A stretch of DNA of 64,000 nt from Nostoc sp. DedSLP01 (GTDB lineage Bacteria; Cyanobacteriota; Cyanobacteriia; Cyanobacteriales; Nostocaceae), in NCBI GenBank assembly GCA_034530875.2, contig JAVRCJ020000002.1:224001-288000 (forward strand). The letters run 5' to 3'. Each line of letters opens with the position of its first letter. The stretch's first letter is position 1. The notes below the pieces were generated by a model. It did no database searches. It was not told the DNA's origin and worked only from the letters and a program-made list of their open reading frames with translations. A program made the translations under genes and the position numbers. This document shows positions 9,459 through 20,072 of this stretch, in pieces.

Positions 9459-9731
9459 ATGCAAATCAAAGAAATTCTCGAAGCACTTCCAAGTTTGAGC
9501 ATAAGCGATCGCTTAAAGATAGCTGAATCAGCCCTGCAATTGGTTCTTCAAGAAAAATACTCACTTACTAAAGATGAGCAAAAACAACAATTAACCCTAG
9601 CAGCAATGACAGCTATTGCAGATTATGCACCTGGTAGTGAATTAAATATATTCTCGGATTTAGAGGGAGAAGACTTTTGCGATTATCCAGATGAAGACTT
9701 CTATAACTCAGAGACTTATGTACAGAGGTGA
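9459..9731 (+). CDS. Putative antitoxin for the downstream MazF
   Basis: Small protein with acidic C-terminus (DY....EL..FSDLEGEDF) overlapping the toxin start; ATG at 9459 is more plausible than TTG 9246, which lies in repeat DNA. Confidence 0.7.
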   Translation: MQIKEILEALPSLSISDRLKIAESALQLVLQEKYSLTKDEQKQQLTLAAMTAIADYAPGSELNIFSDLEGEDFCDYPDEDFYNSETYVQR

Positions 9732-10071
9732 AGTCTGGCTAGTGAACTTAGATCCAACTGTCGGGACAGAAATTAGCAAAAAACGTCCTTGTATCATAGT
9801 AAATGATGATGCTATTGGAATTTTACCTTTGAAGGTTATTGTCCCAATTACGGATTGGAAAGAAAGATATGCAATCAGACCTTGGATGGTGCGGTTGGAA
9901 CCAAGCATAGAAAACAGTTTAGCCAAAGTTTCTGGTGTCGATGCTTTTCAAATACGTTCAGTTTCAGAAATAAGATTAGTTAGAAAATTAGGTCAACTCT
10001 CGGACTCAGAAATGCAACTTGTTTCTCAAGCATTAGCTGTTGTCTTAAATATTTCTCACCCAATATCTTAG
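9718..10071 (+). CDS. mazF: PemK/MazF family toxin
   Basis: MYRGEVWLVNLDPTVGTEISKKRPCIIV...VIVPIT...DAFQIRSVS..RL. Confidence 0.92.
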   Translation: MYRGEVWLVNLDPTVGTEISKKRPCIIVNDDAIGILPLKVIVPITDWKERYAIRPWMVRLEPSIENSLAKVSGVDAFQIRSVSEIRLVRKLGQLSDSEMQLVSQALAVVLNISHPIS

Positions 10072-10148
10072 CGATCGCATAGTGGAGTTTTTGCTGGCGG
10101 CTTTTATCTCACGCATGAAGCAAGAGAGACGCAGAGAGAAAGCGATAA

Positions 10149-10898
10149 TTATTTTGACTCTGCTAGTTTCTCAGCGATTGATATACCAATTTTATGAAAA
10201 TATTCATTTGTTAAACCTTTAGTGGCAGGATGTTTAGCTATTACAAATACAGTTTGAGCATTTCTACCAATGAAAAAACCTTCTGACCTCCATAAAAAAT
10301 CAATATCCCCTATTTTTTTAGTTATTTCTCTCCAAGAAGATTCATATCCTATTCCGTAGTAAATAACTGCTTTAAGTTGATGACATTCTTTTATTTTCTC
10401 GCTGAGATGATTAATTCGAGTTTCAAGACAATGCTTTTCATAACTTTCCCTATTGCATAAATAAGACAATTGGGAATGCTCATTATATATCCAATGCTTA
10501 AGAGATGGTGACGGTAAAGGCAATAGTTCTAACAAACAAGTCTCTTGATTTCTTCTACCTAATTTGCTTATTTGATACTGACGAACATCTTCTATATCAA
10601 TATTTTCTTGCCCTTTAGCACTTAATAAAATACGAATAATTTTATTCCAAACTGGCACATCCAATCTGGCATTTGCTTCAAAACTCGATCCATATCCGAT
10701 AGCTTGATGAAATTCTGCAATATCTTCTATTTCCTGTTCTCCTCTATCTGACCATGTTTTTATTCTGTTATTAATCTCTTGAAAATCTCCTCCTGCTTCT
10801 TCCATACCAATAAACCAATAACTTCCTTGATAGTTACCATATCCATAAAATGTATGAACTATTTTTTCGAGAATCTTATCATCAAAAAAATTTGACAT
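10149..10898 (-). CDS. Hypothetical protein, possible UDG-superfamily-like fold
   Basis: AT-rich ORF; YGYGN...WFIGMEE.GG near N-terminus, LELLPLP, and C-terminal HP motif follow the UDG-like motif order (inference). Confidence 0.6.
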   Translation of the reverse strand: MSNFFDDKILEKIVHTFYGYGNYQGSYWFIGMEEAGGDFQEINNRIKTWSDRGEQEIEDIAEFHQAIGYGSSFEANARLDVPVWNKIIRILLSAKGQENIDIEDVRQYQISKLGRRNQETCLLELLPLPSPSLKHWIYNEHSQLSYLCNRESYEKHCLETRINHLSEKIKECHQLKAVIYYGIGYESSWREITKKIGDIDFLWRSEGFFIGRNAQTVFVIAKHPATKGLTNEYFHKIGISIAEKLAESK

Positions 10899-11050
10899 AT
10901 CATAACTCTGCAATTTTGTTTATGAAATTAAATTTGGCTAGTCAAAAATAATTGAGGGCACTCAGAATGTCAAGTAAAGAAATAAAAATTTATCCATAAT
11001 TTTCGGAAATGAATTTTCTAATCTTTGTGCCTTTGTGTGGATTAGTTCCC

Positions 11051-11091
11051 AAAAAAAACTAGCCTTGGAAGTATCACACTCCCAAGGCTAG
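11051..11091 (-). terminator. Rho-independent terminator of pnt operon
   Basis: CTAGCCTTGG/CCAAGGCTAG stem followed on the minus strand by T8. Confidence 0.8.
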
Positions 11092-11137
11092 CCAACTCTC
11101 TAAATTCTTTCTTTACATTGCGCCCTTTGCGCTTCGT

Positions 11138-12544
11138 TTAGAGTTGCTTCACTTCCGAAACCAACTTCGATACCATATCTTTCGCGCTACCAAAAAGCAT
11201 CGTAGTTTTATCCTTGTAGAACAACTCATTATCTACACCGGCAAAACCCGTACTCATCCCGCGCTTAATTACAATTGTCTGCTTCGCCCGATCTACTTCC
11301 AGAATCGGCATACCATAAATTGGGCTATTTGTATCACTCCGCGCTGCTGGATTTACTACGTCATTTGCCCCAATTACTAAAGCCACATCAGCTTGTTCAA
11401 ACTGGGGATTAATATCATCCATGTCGTATAACTGCGTATAAGGCACATTCGCCTCAGCCAACAACACATTCATGTGTCCTGGCATTCTTCCAGCTACGGG
11501 GTGAATGGCATACTTGACATCTACGCCCATACGTTCTAATTGATCTGATAATTCCCGGACACTATGTTGTGCTTGGGCAACTGCCATACCATAACCAGGT
11601 ACAATTACCACAGAACGGGCATATCCTAACATCATCGCCCCTTCTTCAGGATCGATACTGCGGACAGTTTGATCTACTGCACCACCACCAGCAGCACCAC
11701 CGCCAGCAGTAGAACCTGTACCAAAAGCGCTGAACAGCACACTGAAGAGGGAGCGGTTCATTGCCTTACACATAATTTCGGTGAGGATTAACCCAGAGGC
11801 TCCCACCAACGCCCCGGCGATGATTAACATATTGTTCATCACCACAAAACCAGCAGCAGCAGCCGCCACACCTGACAAGGAGTTCAACAGCGAAATTACC
11901 ACGGGCATATCGCCACCACCAATGGGGATGACGAACATCACACCCAGCACTAAGGAAACAGCAACTACTCCCAAGAATATGGGTAGGCTATCTGGTGTGA
12001 TGATTAAGTAAACACTGCCTGTTACGTAAGCAGCCAGAAGCAGCAGGTTAAATGGTTGCTGGAAGGGAAATGTAATCGGGGAACCACTGATTAAACCTTG
12101 CAATTTTGCAAAGGCGAGAAAACTACCTGTAAAGGTAACGCCACCGATTAACACATCCAGCAGCATGGAAATGTTCACATCTAGGGGTACGGGTGCGCCA
12201 GAATCCAATAACCGCCAGAATTCGGCAACGGCGACTAAAGCCGAAGCCGCACCGCCCAAACCGTTGAGTAAACCTACCATTTGGGGCATTTCCGTCATTT
12301 GGACTTTGTAGGCAACGATCGCACCAATTCCCGATCCAATTGCCAAGCCTAACAAAATCATTTCATAGTTCAACACGTGTCGATCTAGCATTGTGGCCAC
12401 AATTGCCAGCAACATCCCCACTGCCGCAATCACATTACCATTTCGTGCTGTCGCTGGCGAACCCAGCTTTTTCAAACCAAAAATGAATAAGGATGCAGCG
12501 ACTAAATATGTCAGCTGAATGCCAGTTGGTAAAAAGTCGCTCAC
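11138..12544 (-). CDS. pntB: NAD(P) transhydrogenase beta subunit
   Basis: PGYGMAVAQAQH, HPVAGRMPGHMNVLLAEA, GANDVVNPAA motifs. Confidence 0.97.
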   Translation of the reverse strand: MSDFLPTGIQLTYLVAASLFIFGLKKLGSPATARNGNVIAAVGMLLAIVATMLDRHVLNYEMILLGLAIGSGIGAIVAYKVQMTEMPQMVGLLNGLGGAASALVAVAEFWRLLDSGAPVPLDVNISMLLDVLIGGVTFTGSFLAFAKLQGLISGSPITFPFQQPFNLLLLAAYVTGSVYLIITPDSLPIFLGVVAVSLVLGVMFVIPIGGGDMPVVISLLNSLSGVAAAAAGFVVMNNMLIIAGALVGASGLILTEIMCKAMNRSLFSVLFSAFGTGSTAGGGAAGGGAVDQTVRSIDPEEGAMMLGYARSVVIVPGYGMAVAQAQHSVRELSDQLERMGVDVKYAIHPVAGRMPGHMNVLLAEANVPYTQLYDMDDINPQFEQADVALVIGANDVVNPAARSDTNSPIYGMPILEVDRAKQTIVIKRGMSTGFAGVDNELFYKDKTTMLFGSAKDMVSKLVSEVKQL

Positions 12545-12834
12545 GCCTTAATCTCCTTCTTCTTGAACATAAGCAGCATTCTGTCTGTGACGAGGAAACC
12601 ACCAACAACGTTGACAGTTGCTAGTACGACAGCAATTAAACCGAGAATCACTGACACACTCGTTTCTCTAGCACCTGAGGCCACAATTGCCCCAAGTACC
12701 GAAATGCCAGAAATTGCGTTTGAGCCTGACATTAAAGGTGTGTGTAACGTAGGTGGTATTTTGTTGATGACTTCAAAGCCAATAAAAGACGCCAGAACAA
12801 ACACAAACAAAGCAGCGAGTAATGCCTCTGTCAT
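12541..12834 (-). CDS. pntA2: NAD(P) transhydrogenase alpha subunit, membrane part
   Basis: LHTPLMSGSNAISG, GGFLVTDRML; 4-nt overlap with pntB. Confidence 0.95.
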   Translation of the reverse strand: MTEALLAALFVFVLASFIGFEVINKIPPTLHTPLMSGSNAISGISVLGAIVASGARETSVSVILGLIAVVLATVNVVGGFLVTDRMLLMFKKKEIKA

Positions 12835-12850
12835 TAAATAAAACTCCTCT

Positions 12851-12966
12851 TGGGAATGGGTACTGGGTACTGGGGATTGGGTACTGGGGATTGGGTATTG
12901 GGTACTGAGAACGTATTGCTAAATATTTATTTCCCAGTTCCTAATCCCTAGTCGCAAGTCCTCAGT
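12851..12966. repeat. STRR heptamer tandem repeats (GGGTACT/GGGGATT and complementary arm)
   Basis: Tandem 7-mers between pntA1 and pntA2. Confidence 0.8.
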
Positions 12967-12968
12967 CC

Positions 12969-14144
12969 CTAATTAACCGCCGGTTCTTGAGTATTCAAAG
13001 CTTGTAGCGCCTCACACACTCGTTGATTGCGAATTTCACCTGCGTGGGTAACGCAAGCTGCATCAACGATGTCGTCGCCAAAGTCAACTTGCAAAGCTTT
13101 CTCTTTGTTAATCAACAGTTGGATTAACGATGTCAAATTCTTGGAATACAATTGGCTGGCGTGGACTGGCATCGAGGACGGTAAATTGATGGGGCCGATT
13201 ATTGTGACGCCATTCCAGACAATATCTTTGCCGGGTTCGGTGCAGGCGCAGTTACCACCCTGTTCGGCAGCTAAATCTACAATTACTGAACCGGGTTTCA
13301 TCTGTGCCACCATTTCTTCTGTCACGAGTCGCGGTGCTTTTTTCCCTGGTACTTGGGCGGTGGTAATCACTACATCGCTATTTTTGATGTGTTCGGCGAC
13401 AACTTCCTGGGTACGTTGTTTGCTAGCCTCAGAAATTTCTTTGGCGTAACCACCTGCGGCGACGGTTTCTTCTTCGAGTTTAACTTCGACGAATTTTGCC
13501 CCTAAGCTTTGCACTTCTTCTTTTACAGCCGGACGAATATCGAAGGCTTCTACCACTGCTCCCAGGCGTCTAGCAGTGGCGATCGCTTGCAATCCAGCCA
13601 CACCAGCACCCATAATAAATACTTTCGCTGGGGCAATGGTGCCTGCGGCTGTTGTCAGCATCGGGAAATATTTCGGTAATGCAGCTGCGGCAATCAATAC
13701 TGCCTTGTAACCTGCTAGTGAAGCTTGCGAGGACAAAGCATCCATACTTTGCGCCCTGGTGGTACGGGGAATTAGTTCCATACTCAAGGCTGTGACTTTG
13801 CGATTTGCCAATTGCTGTGCCACCACAGGATTTCCTAAAGGATTGAGGAAGCTAACTAATACAGCTCCTTCCTTTAACAAATCAACTTCTGAACGTCCAT
13901 CTTCTCGCTCTTGGGGTGGGCTAACTTTGAGCAAAATATCTGCTTCGCCCCATAATTTGACAGAATCGCTAATAATTGTGGCTCCTGCTGCTTCATAAGC
14001 AGGATCGCTAAAAAAGGAGCGCTCTCCTGCACCTGATTCTACCCAAACTTCTAAACCTTGTTTTACCAATCGGGCAACAACGTCAGGAATTAATGCCACA
14101 CGACGTTCGCAAACTTCAATTTCTTTAGCAACTGCTATTCTCAT
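12969..14144 (-). CDS. pntA1: NAD(P) transhydrogenase alpha subunit, NAD-binding part
   Basis: ERRVAL.P, RAQSMDALSSQ, GAGVAGLQA, GGYAKE; ATG at 14144 with AGGAGA upstream. Confidence 0.96.
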   Translation of the reverse strand: MRIAVAKEIEVCERRVALIPDVVARLVKQGLEVWVESGAGERSFFSDPAYEAAGATIISDSVKLWGEADILLKVSPPQEREDGRSEVDLLKEGAVLVSFLNPLGNPVVAQQLANRKVTALSMELIPRTTRAQSMDALSSQASLAGYKAVLIAAAALPKYFPMLTTAAGTIAPAKVFIMGAGVAGLQAIATARRLGAVVEAFDIRPAVKEEVQSLGAKFVEVKLEEETVAAGGYAKEISEASKQRTQEVVAEHIKNSDVVITTAQVPGKKAPRLVTEEMVAQMKPGSVIVDLAAEQGGNCACTEPGKDIVWNGVTIIGPINLPSSMPVHASQLYSKNLTSLIQLLINKEKALQVDFGDDIVDAACVTHAGEIRNQRVCEALQALNTQEPAVN

Positions 14145-14904
14145 GAAATCTCCTGAAGATAAATACTTAATCTCTGCCAAGTAAGCGATCGCTCAGATGA
14201 GAGATATTTCGCACTTTTAATACTGAGGCAGGAACATCAGCCATGATTTTTACTAGTAGATTGAACCTTGAATCTTTCCTCTCCCACTCTTCGTTATCCG
14301 CGCAAAGCCTGACTTTGACGCTTGCAGATGTTAGATTTTCAGATATTTGCAAATAGGGTTACATATTGCACATACTATGTTGTTCCCAAATTTTGCATCT
14401 TTATCTTCAGCTTATTTTCGGGATTGAGAAATTGGCTATATCCATTCTTATAGAGTAATATTGACCAAATTTTTAAAGCTTGATAATTATTCAAATCAAA
14501 TTTTAATAATTCCGACTTTGATTCAAGCTTGTTTTAATCAATTTATCTCAAGTTCACTGGCGATCGCTAACCGTAGGGCTGAATTTTTATAACAAAATTC
14601 TTAAGTTTATATACACTTATACATATTCAGAAACACAATCTCATCTCAACTGTGTTTTCATTTAGTTTCACATTTGACCAATCAACTAATCAAATCAAGT
14701 CTCTGTAAGGATAATGAAGTGAATTAAGTTAACGTTAAATTTATGAGTAAGCAAAATTACTGTCAGCCAAAACTCACAAAAATGGCACTTTATTTTGCTA
14801 CTCAACGTCTATTGTCAGGGAATCAGTAGTAAAGTTTAGTAAAGAATACTAACATACCGTTATTTTAGATAACAGATTTATATTTTGGTGGAGGGAGCCT
14901 AACT

Positions 14905-15417
14905 ATGCGACGTTTACTTTCAGCTTTAGCCGTTACTAGCTGTTTGCTGGCTGGATTTCCAGCTTTAACTTCGGCGCAAAGCTTACCTGGATTTACCCTG
15001 TTTAGCGGTGTCAAAAGCGAAAATCAGCTGCCCTTCCGGTTAGATTATGGCGGACAAAGCAATGGTTGGGATCGTTATAGATTGAGGATTCCAGCTAAAA
15101 GAATGAAATTGGCAGTTGCTCAATTTGCCATTACCTATCCTGATTATTACCAAGGAACTTTTGACCCCAAAAAAATTGAGGTACGAGTCAAAGGTAAATC
15201 AGTGAAGCTTTCTGAAGTGAAGTGGGATAAAGAAGGTAAACTGATTAGTATTTTTCCCGAAGAACCCGTGCCAGCAGGTAGTGGAGTTGAGTTAGTCTTA
15301 TCCAACGTTAAAAACCCTTCCTTTGGTGGAATGTATTATTTCAACTGTCAAGTTCTCTCCCCTGGCGACGTTCCACTACTGCGCTACATGGGAACGTGGA
15401 TTTTGAGTATCAGTTGA
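14905..15417 (+). CDS. Secreted DUF2808-family protein
   Basis: Signal peptide; PVPAG..VELVLSNVKNP..GGMYYFN motif; conserved position upstream of rpmH. Confidence 0.8.
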   Translation: MRRLLSALAVTSCLLAGFPALTSAQSLPGFTLFSGVKSENQLPFRLDYGGQSNGWDRYRLRIPAKRMKLAVAQFAITYPDYYQGTFDPKKIEVRVKGKSVKLSEVKWDKEGKLISIFPEEPVPAGSGVELVLSNVKNPSFGGMYYFNCQVLSPGDVPLLRYMGTWILSIS

Positions 15418-15570
15418 GTTTGGGGAGTGGGGAGTAGGGGAAAATGAGGGAGTGTGGGGAGATTATAAAAAACTTCCTACCCCTCCCTACTCCCCATTCC
15501 CCATTCCCTTTTAAGGTGATACAATTAGAGATTGTGAGTTTTTATAAAAATCACCTAACAGGAGAGTAGT

Positions 15571-15705
15571 ATGCAAAGAACGCTAGGCGGCACTTGCCGT
15601 AAGAGAAAAAGAACCTCTGGTTTTCGCGCTCGGATGCGGACGCCAGATGGCAGAAATGTAATTAGTGCTAGAAGAAGAAAAGGGCGTCATCGGTTGAGCG
15701 TTTAG
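15571..15705 (+). CDS. rpmH: 50S ribosomal protein L34
   Basis: [51 protein letters not shown]; not in the ORF track. Confidence 0.97.
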   Translation: MQRTLGGTCRKRKRTSGFRARMRTPDGRNVISARRRKGRHRLSV

Positions 15706-15731
15706 GGTATATCAGGTCAAAAGAGTATTTT

Positions 15732-16154
15732 GTGGCTTTGCCCAAACCAAATCGGCTAAAATCCCGAAAAGATTTTCAGGCAGTTTTCCGGGACGGAATT
15801 CGGCGTCATGGCTCTTATTTAACATTGAGAGCCTTAAAGCCTTTGTCTTCAATAAATCCTTCTTCGGAAACCGCCACTGAAACGACACAAGCAACTGATT
15901 CAAGACATCTTGCCAGCACCCAATTTGGCATTTCGATTAGCACCAAAGTCAGCAAAAGAGCAGTAGTTCGTAACCGTATCAAACGGCAGATTACTGCTGC
16001 TTTGTACAATTTGCTGCCCAAATTATCACCAGGATGGCGGCTAGTGGTAGTTGTTAAACCTACAGCAGCAGAATCTAAGTGCGTAAGCCCACAATTTCTG
16101 CAAGAATTAGAGCAGTTGTTGGCACAAGCCGAGGTGTTCGATGGGCATTCGTGA
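15732..16154 (+). CDS. rnpA: RNase P protein component
   Basis: LPKPNRLK, KRAVVRNRIKR (RNR motif), follows rpmH. Confidence 0.96.
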   Translation: MALPKPNRLKSRKDFQAVFRDGIRRHGSYLTLRALKPLSSINPSSETATETTQATDSRHLASTQFGISISTKVSKRAVVRNRIKRQITAALYNLLPKLSPGWRLVVVVKPTAAESKCVSPQFLQELEQLLAQAEVFDGHS

Positions 16155-16533
16155 AGAAGTTTATTATGAAGGTGGCCCCCATATTGGGGATCTAATTATA
16201 AATCTGCTAATTGGGCTAACCGTTGTTGGTATACCCTTGACAGTCGGGGCAATTGTCAGAGCATTATGGCTGCGCTTCCGCATCACCGATCGCCGAGTTA
16301 CTGTAACAGGAGGTTGGCAAGGACGCGATCGCACTGACGTAATTTACTCAGAAATTGTAAAAGTTGTCAAAGTCCCCCGTGGCATAGGTCTTTGGGGAGA
16401 TATGGTGCTAACCCTGAAAAACGGCAGTCGCCTCGAATTGCGTGCGATTCCCAATTTCCGGGAAGTTTATGACTACATTAATGAAAAAATTGCTGCCAAA
16501 AATCCCCAATATACCCCTGCTGCTAACAAGTGA
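16141..16533 (+). CDS. Bacterial PH-domain membrane protein
   Basis: YEGGPHIGDL, RFRITDRRV; conserved position between rnpA and yidC in cyanobacteria. Confidence 0.85.
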   Translation: MGIREEVYYEGGPHIGDLIINLLIGLTVVGIPLTVGAIVRALWLRFRITDRRVTVTGGWQGRDRTDVIYSEIVKVVKVPRGIGLWGDMVLTLKNGSRLELRAIPNFREVYDYINEKIAAKNPQYTPAANK

Positions 16534-16734
16534 TGGAGAGATGGGCAGCAGAGGCGCAGAGGAGATAGGGGAGATTAGAAAAAAGCTTCCCACACCTCCC
16601 ACACCTCCCACACTCTCTGCTTACCCCATGCCCAAAAAAATTGTGCGGCTATCCGTAGCAAAGACAGTCGCACATCCGCCACGATTTAGATAAATTAGAT
16701 TCAGTTTACAGTACCTCAGGTTAAATTCAGAATA

Positions 16735-17979
16735 ATGGATTTTGGTATCGGCTTTCTCTCGAACAACGTGATGCTGCCAATCATAGATTTTTTCTATGGT
16801 ATTTTTCCAAGCTATGGATTGGCGATCGTTGCTTTGACACTGATAGTCCGCTTTGCGCTCTATCCCCTGAGTGCTGGCTCAATTCGCAATATGCGGAAAA
16901 TGCGAATTGTACAACCTCTGATGCAAAAGCGGATGGCAGAAATTAAAGAGCGCTTTAAAGACGATCCGCAAAAGCAGCAAGAAGAAATGGTCAATGTCCA
17001 AAAAGAATTTGGCAACCCTTTGGCTGGCTGTTTTCCATTGCTGATTCAAATGCCGGTTTTATTAGCGCTGTTCGCCACTTTGCGGGGTTCGCCTTTTGCA
17101 GGTGTCAACTATAGCGTTAACTTGCAAGTCTTTCCCACAGAACAAATCGAACAAATTCAACCGCAAGCCTTTGCCACTCCCCCTCAAAATATCTACATTG
17201 CTGATGGCGAACACGTTAAGGTCACTGCAATTCTTCCCAGCGGTAACAAACTAGCTGTAGGCGAACACACAAAAATACAATATCAGACCGTTGAAGGCAA
17301 ACCATTTCAGGTACTTTTAGCAGAACACCCAGACACCAAGCTGATCCCCGAATGGAAAGTTACCAAAGGCGAAGATAGGGTAAAAATTGATGCCGAAGGT
17401 AATTTGTCAGCCTTGCAGCCTGGAGAAGTGACGATTCAAGGAACAATTCCGGGATTAGCAGCTGATAAAGGCTTCTTATTTATTGATGCCTTAGGCAGAG
17501 TTGGGGCAACCGATCCCGATGGCACAATCCACTGGGATATCGTCGCCATGATTATTTTCTTTGGAATCAGCCTTTATGTTAGCCAAATGCTTTCTGGGCA
17601 AAATTCCACTGGTGGTAATCCCCAGCAAGATACAGTTAACAAAATCACCCCGGTGATCTTTTCTGGGATGTTTTTATTCTTCCCCCTACCAGCTGGGGTA
17701 CTGATGTATATGGTGATTGGTAATATTTTCCAAACACTGCAAACCTACATTCTCTCCCGCGAACCATTACCAGAAGACCTGCAAAAAATCGTAGACGCTC
17801 AAGAAAAAGAAGCAGCCAAAGAACAAAAAGTATTACCGTTTGAGCCGACAAGTTCCAAGAAAACTGAGCCAGCAACTTCCAAAAAAACTGAGCCGACAAG
17901 TCCTAAGAAAACCGAGCCGGCAAGTCCCAAGAAAACTGAGCCGAAAACTTCTAAGAAAAAGGCTACAGGGGGTTCATGA
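16735..17979 (+). CDS. yidC: Membrane protein insertase YidC/Alb3
   Basis: [34 protein letters not shown]. Confidence 0.96.
   Translation: MDFGIGFLSNNVMLPIIDFFYGIFPSYGLAIVALTLIVRFALYPLSAGSIRNMRKMRIVQPLMQKRMAEIKERFKDDPQKQQEEMVNVQKEFGNPLAGCFPLLIQMPVLLALFATLRGSPFAGVNYSVNLQVFPTEQIEQIQPQAFATPPQNIYIADGEHVKVTAILPSGNKLAVGEHTKIQYQTVEGKPFQVLLAEHPDTKLIPEWKVTKGEDRVKIDAEGNLSALQPGEVTIQGTIPGLAADKGFLFIDALGRVGATDPDGTIHWDIVAMIIFFGISLYVSQMLSGQNSTGGNPQQDTVNKITPVIFSGMFLFFPLPAGVLMYMVIGNIFQTLQTYILSREPLPEDLQKIVDAQEKEAAKEQKVLPFEPTSSKKTEPATSKKTEPTSPKKTEPASPKKTEPKTSKKKATGGS
17842..17961 (+). repeat. 5 x 24-nt coding tandem repeat (EPxS/TxKKT) in YidC tail
   Basis: GAGCCGACAAGTTCCAAGAAAACT-like unit repeated five times. 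Confidence 0.9.
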
Positions 17980-18491
17980 GCAACATTCCCATGCAGCGAG
18001 GTCAGCAGTGGTTAAAAACACTGCTGGAACTCAGTGGGATATCTACTGAGATTCACGGTAGTGTAGAAACAGCCCAACCTCAAGATGACGATTCTCTAGA
18101 ATCAGATAGCTACTGGTTGACAATTGATGAAACGAATTTGACGCCAGAACAAATTCAGGTATTAATTGGTGCCGATGGTTCTGCTCTAGACGCAATTCAG
18201 TATCTAGCAAATTCGGTTCTCAACTTGAGTCAATCTCACGAAGGACAAGCTTCTTACACTATTGAGTTGAATGGCTACCGTGTCAAAAGACAAGCCGAAA
18301 TTCGTGCATTAGCAGAAGCAGCAGCCGATGAAGTGCGCTTTTCTGGTAGAGAAGTGGAAATTAAATCCCTAAGTTCTGCCGAACGGCGTCAAGTCCATAC
18401 TTTCTTGAAAGACTTTGGAGATTTGGAAACCTTCAGTCGTGGCAAAGAACCACATCGTCATCTGGTTGTGCGTCCGGCTTCGTTAGAATAA
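17976..18491 (+). CDS. jag: Jag/KhpB R3H-domain RNA-binding protein
   Basis: LIG.DG..LDAIQYL, ERRQVH (R3H), [14 protein letters not shown] overlap with yidC. Confidence 0.9.
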   Translation: MSNIPMQRGQQWLKTLLELSGISTEIHGSVETAQPQDDDSLESDSYWLTIDETNLTPEQIQVLIGADGSALDAIQYLANSVLNLSQSHEGQASYTIELNGYRVKRQAEIRALAEAAADEVRFSGREVEIKSLSSAERRQVHTFLKDFGDLETFSRGKEPHRHLVVRPASLE

Positions 18492-18715
18492 GTTAGAAAT
18501 TAGGAGTCATTCAATTTTGGATTTGAAATTTTAGATTTTTCCTTCAATCCAAAATTGAAAATCTAAAATTGGCAAAGTTAGGAGTTAGTTGAAAGCTCAT
18601 AACTATAAATGATTTCAAAATTTCTATTATCGCTAAGAGATAAAATAAAAATGTGCGCTCGGCGATCGCGCTGATAATCAAGATAAATTTTTAGTGAGGA
18701 TGTCTCACAAATCCT

Positions 18716-19237
18716 ATGGACGCAATTTATATTCCGCAGCTAACTAGAGCATCGGAGCGGACAGAGGAAGTCCAAGTTAAGGAATTTCTGCCTGGTCTGG
18801 AAACGTTGACGCCAGTTCGCGGCCGCGTGCGCGTGCAGCATCATGGCAATTACTTGGAAGTGTCTGGTCAAGCAGAAACGATTATTACTTGTACCTGCAA
18901 CCGCTGCTTGCAGCAATACAATCAACGTTTAGGGATTGATACTAAAGAAATCATCTGGTTAGACGAAAGCGCAAATCAGCTAGAAGACTTACCTCTAGAA
19001 AGGGAAGTGACTATGGAAGATTTGGTGGAAACTCTACCACCCGATGGTTATTTTTATCCCAGTGAATGGCTGTACGAGCAGATGTGCTTAGCAATACCTC
19101 AACGTCAGTTGTGCGATCGCAATTGCCCCGGTATTCCACCAATTAATGCTGATACTTCAGAAGAGTCAGTTGACAAGCGAGTTGACAACCGCTGGGCTGG
19201 TTTAGAAGCATTGAAAAAGCAACTTCCAGGACAGTAA
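18716..19237 (+). CDS. yceD: YceD/DUF177 protein
   Basis: C-x-RCL and LC...CPG zinc motifs, D.RWAGL. Confidence 0.9.
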   Translation: MDAIYIPQLTRASERTEEVQVKEFLPGLETLTPVRGRVRVQHHGNYLEVSGQAETIITCTCNRCLQQYNQRLGIDTKEIIWLDESANQLEDLPLEREVTMEDLVETLPPDGYFYPSEWLYEQMCLAIPQRQLCDRNCPGIPPINADTSEESVDKRVDNRWAGLEALKKQLPGQ

Positions 19238-19246
19238 TTTGATAAT

Positions 19247-19300
19247 TCCGTCAGACTGAAGTCTGCGGCTAAACGAACTAAGCCTGTCCCTACAGGCTTA
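19247..19300. repeat. Two-hairpin dispersed repeat
   Basis: CAGACTGAAGTCTG and TAAGCCTGT-CCCT-ACAGGCTTA palindromes. Confidence 0.6.
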
Positions 19301-19414
19301 TTGTTTTATATTTTATTAAATACTTCGTTTAAATTCAAAATTTATCAGTTCATACTATTAAAACTTGTTTTGTTCAACTACTGATTAATTAACTTCCAAT
19401 ACAAAGATCCTATA

Positions 19415-20002
19415 ATGAAGACTTTTGACTGGGAAAGTCGTATTAGAGAATGGAGCCGTCAGCGAATAGAAGCACTTGAAGAGTATGAGCAGGAAGAGTT
19501 AGCTCCAGAAGTTATTGAATCTGGATATCTAGGCTATACAGGTGCAAATGAAGAAGAAATTTCTGCTACCGAAGCTAGATTAGGTGTAACCTTGCCGCCT
19601 TCTTACAGACATTTTCTCAAAGTTTCTAATGGGTTGCATTCTACTTCAAAGTATGGCATCAGATTTTATTCAATTGAAGAAGTTGAGTGGTATATTATAG
19701 GCAAAGAAATCTCTATAGATAATTTGATAGAACTGCACCAGGATTTGGAACCAGTACCAGATGAAGAATACTTTATTTACGGTGATGAGCAATCTTATAG
19801 TCGTGTAGAACATCTACAAACGTGTCTAGAAATTAGTACTGAAGACTATCCGATGATTTTTTTACTTAATCCTCAAGTTATTACAAGCGATGGTGAGTGG
19901 GAAGCTTGGTACTTTGATTCTAAATATGGAGACGCAACAAGATATCCATCTTTTGGTCAAATGATGGAGGAAATATTAAACGATCCAGAATTTCTACCAT
20001 AA
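19415..20002 (+). CDS. SMI1/KNR4 (SUKH) family protein
   Basis: GANEEEI...EARLGVTLPPSYRHFLKVSNG; very acidic; DGEWEAW. Confidence 0.88.
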   Translation: MKTFDWESRIREWSRQRIEALEEYEQEELAPEVIESGYLGYTGANEEEISATEARLGVTLPPSYRHFLKVSNGLHSTSKYGIRFYSIEEVEWYIIGKEISIDNLIELHQDLEPVPDEEYFIYGDEQSYSRVEHLQTCLEISTEDYPMIFLLNPQVITSDGEWEAWYFDSKYGDATRYPSFGQMMEEILNDPEFLP

Positions 20003-20072
20003 ACTACACGAAACCCAACCCCCCAAACCACAATAAAAGAGGTTTTCCAGATATGGTGAAAAGTCAGACCTA

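Noticed and set aside
12851..12966. Tandem short repeats here and at many other intergenic sites (e.g. 33148, 42228, 54900) as a CRISPR array
   Set aside because: 7-9-nt tandem STRR units without unique spacers; no cas genes in the window
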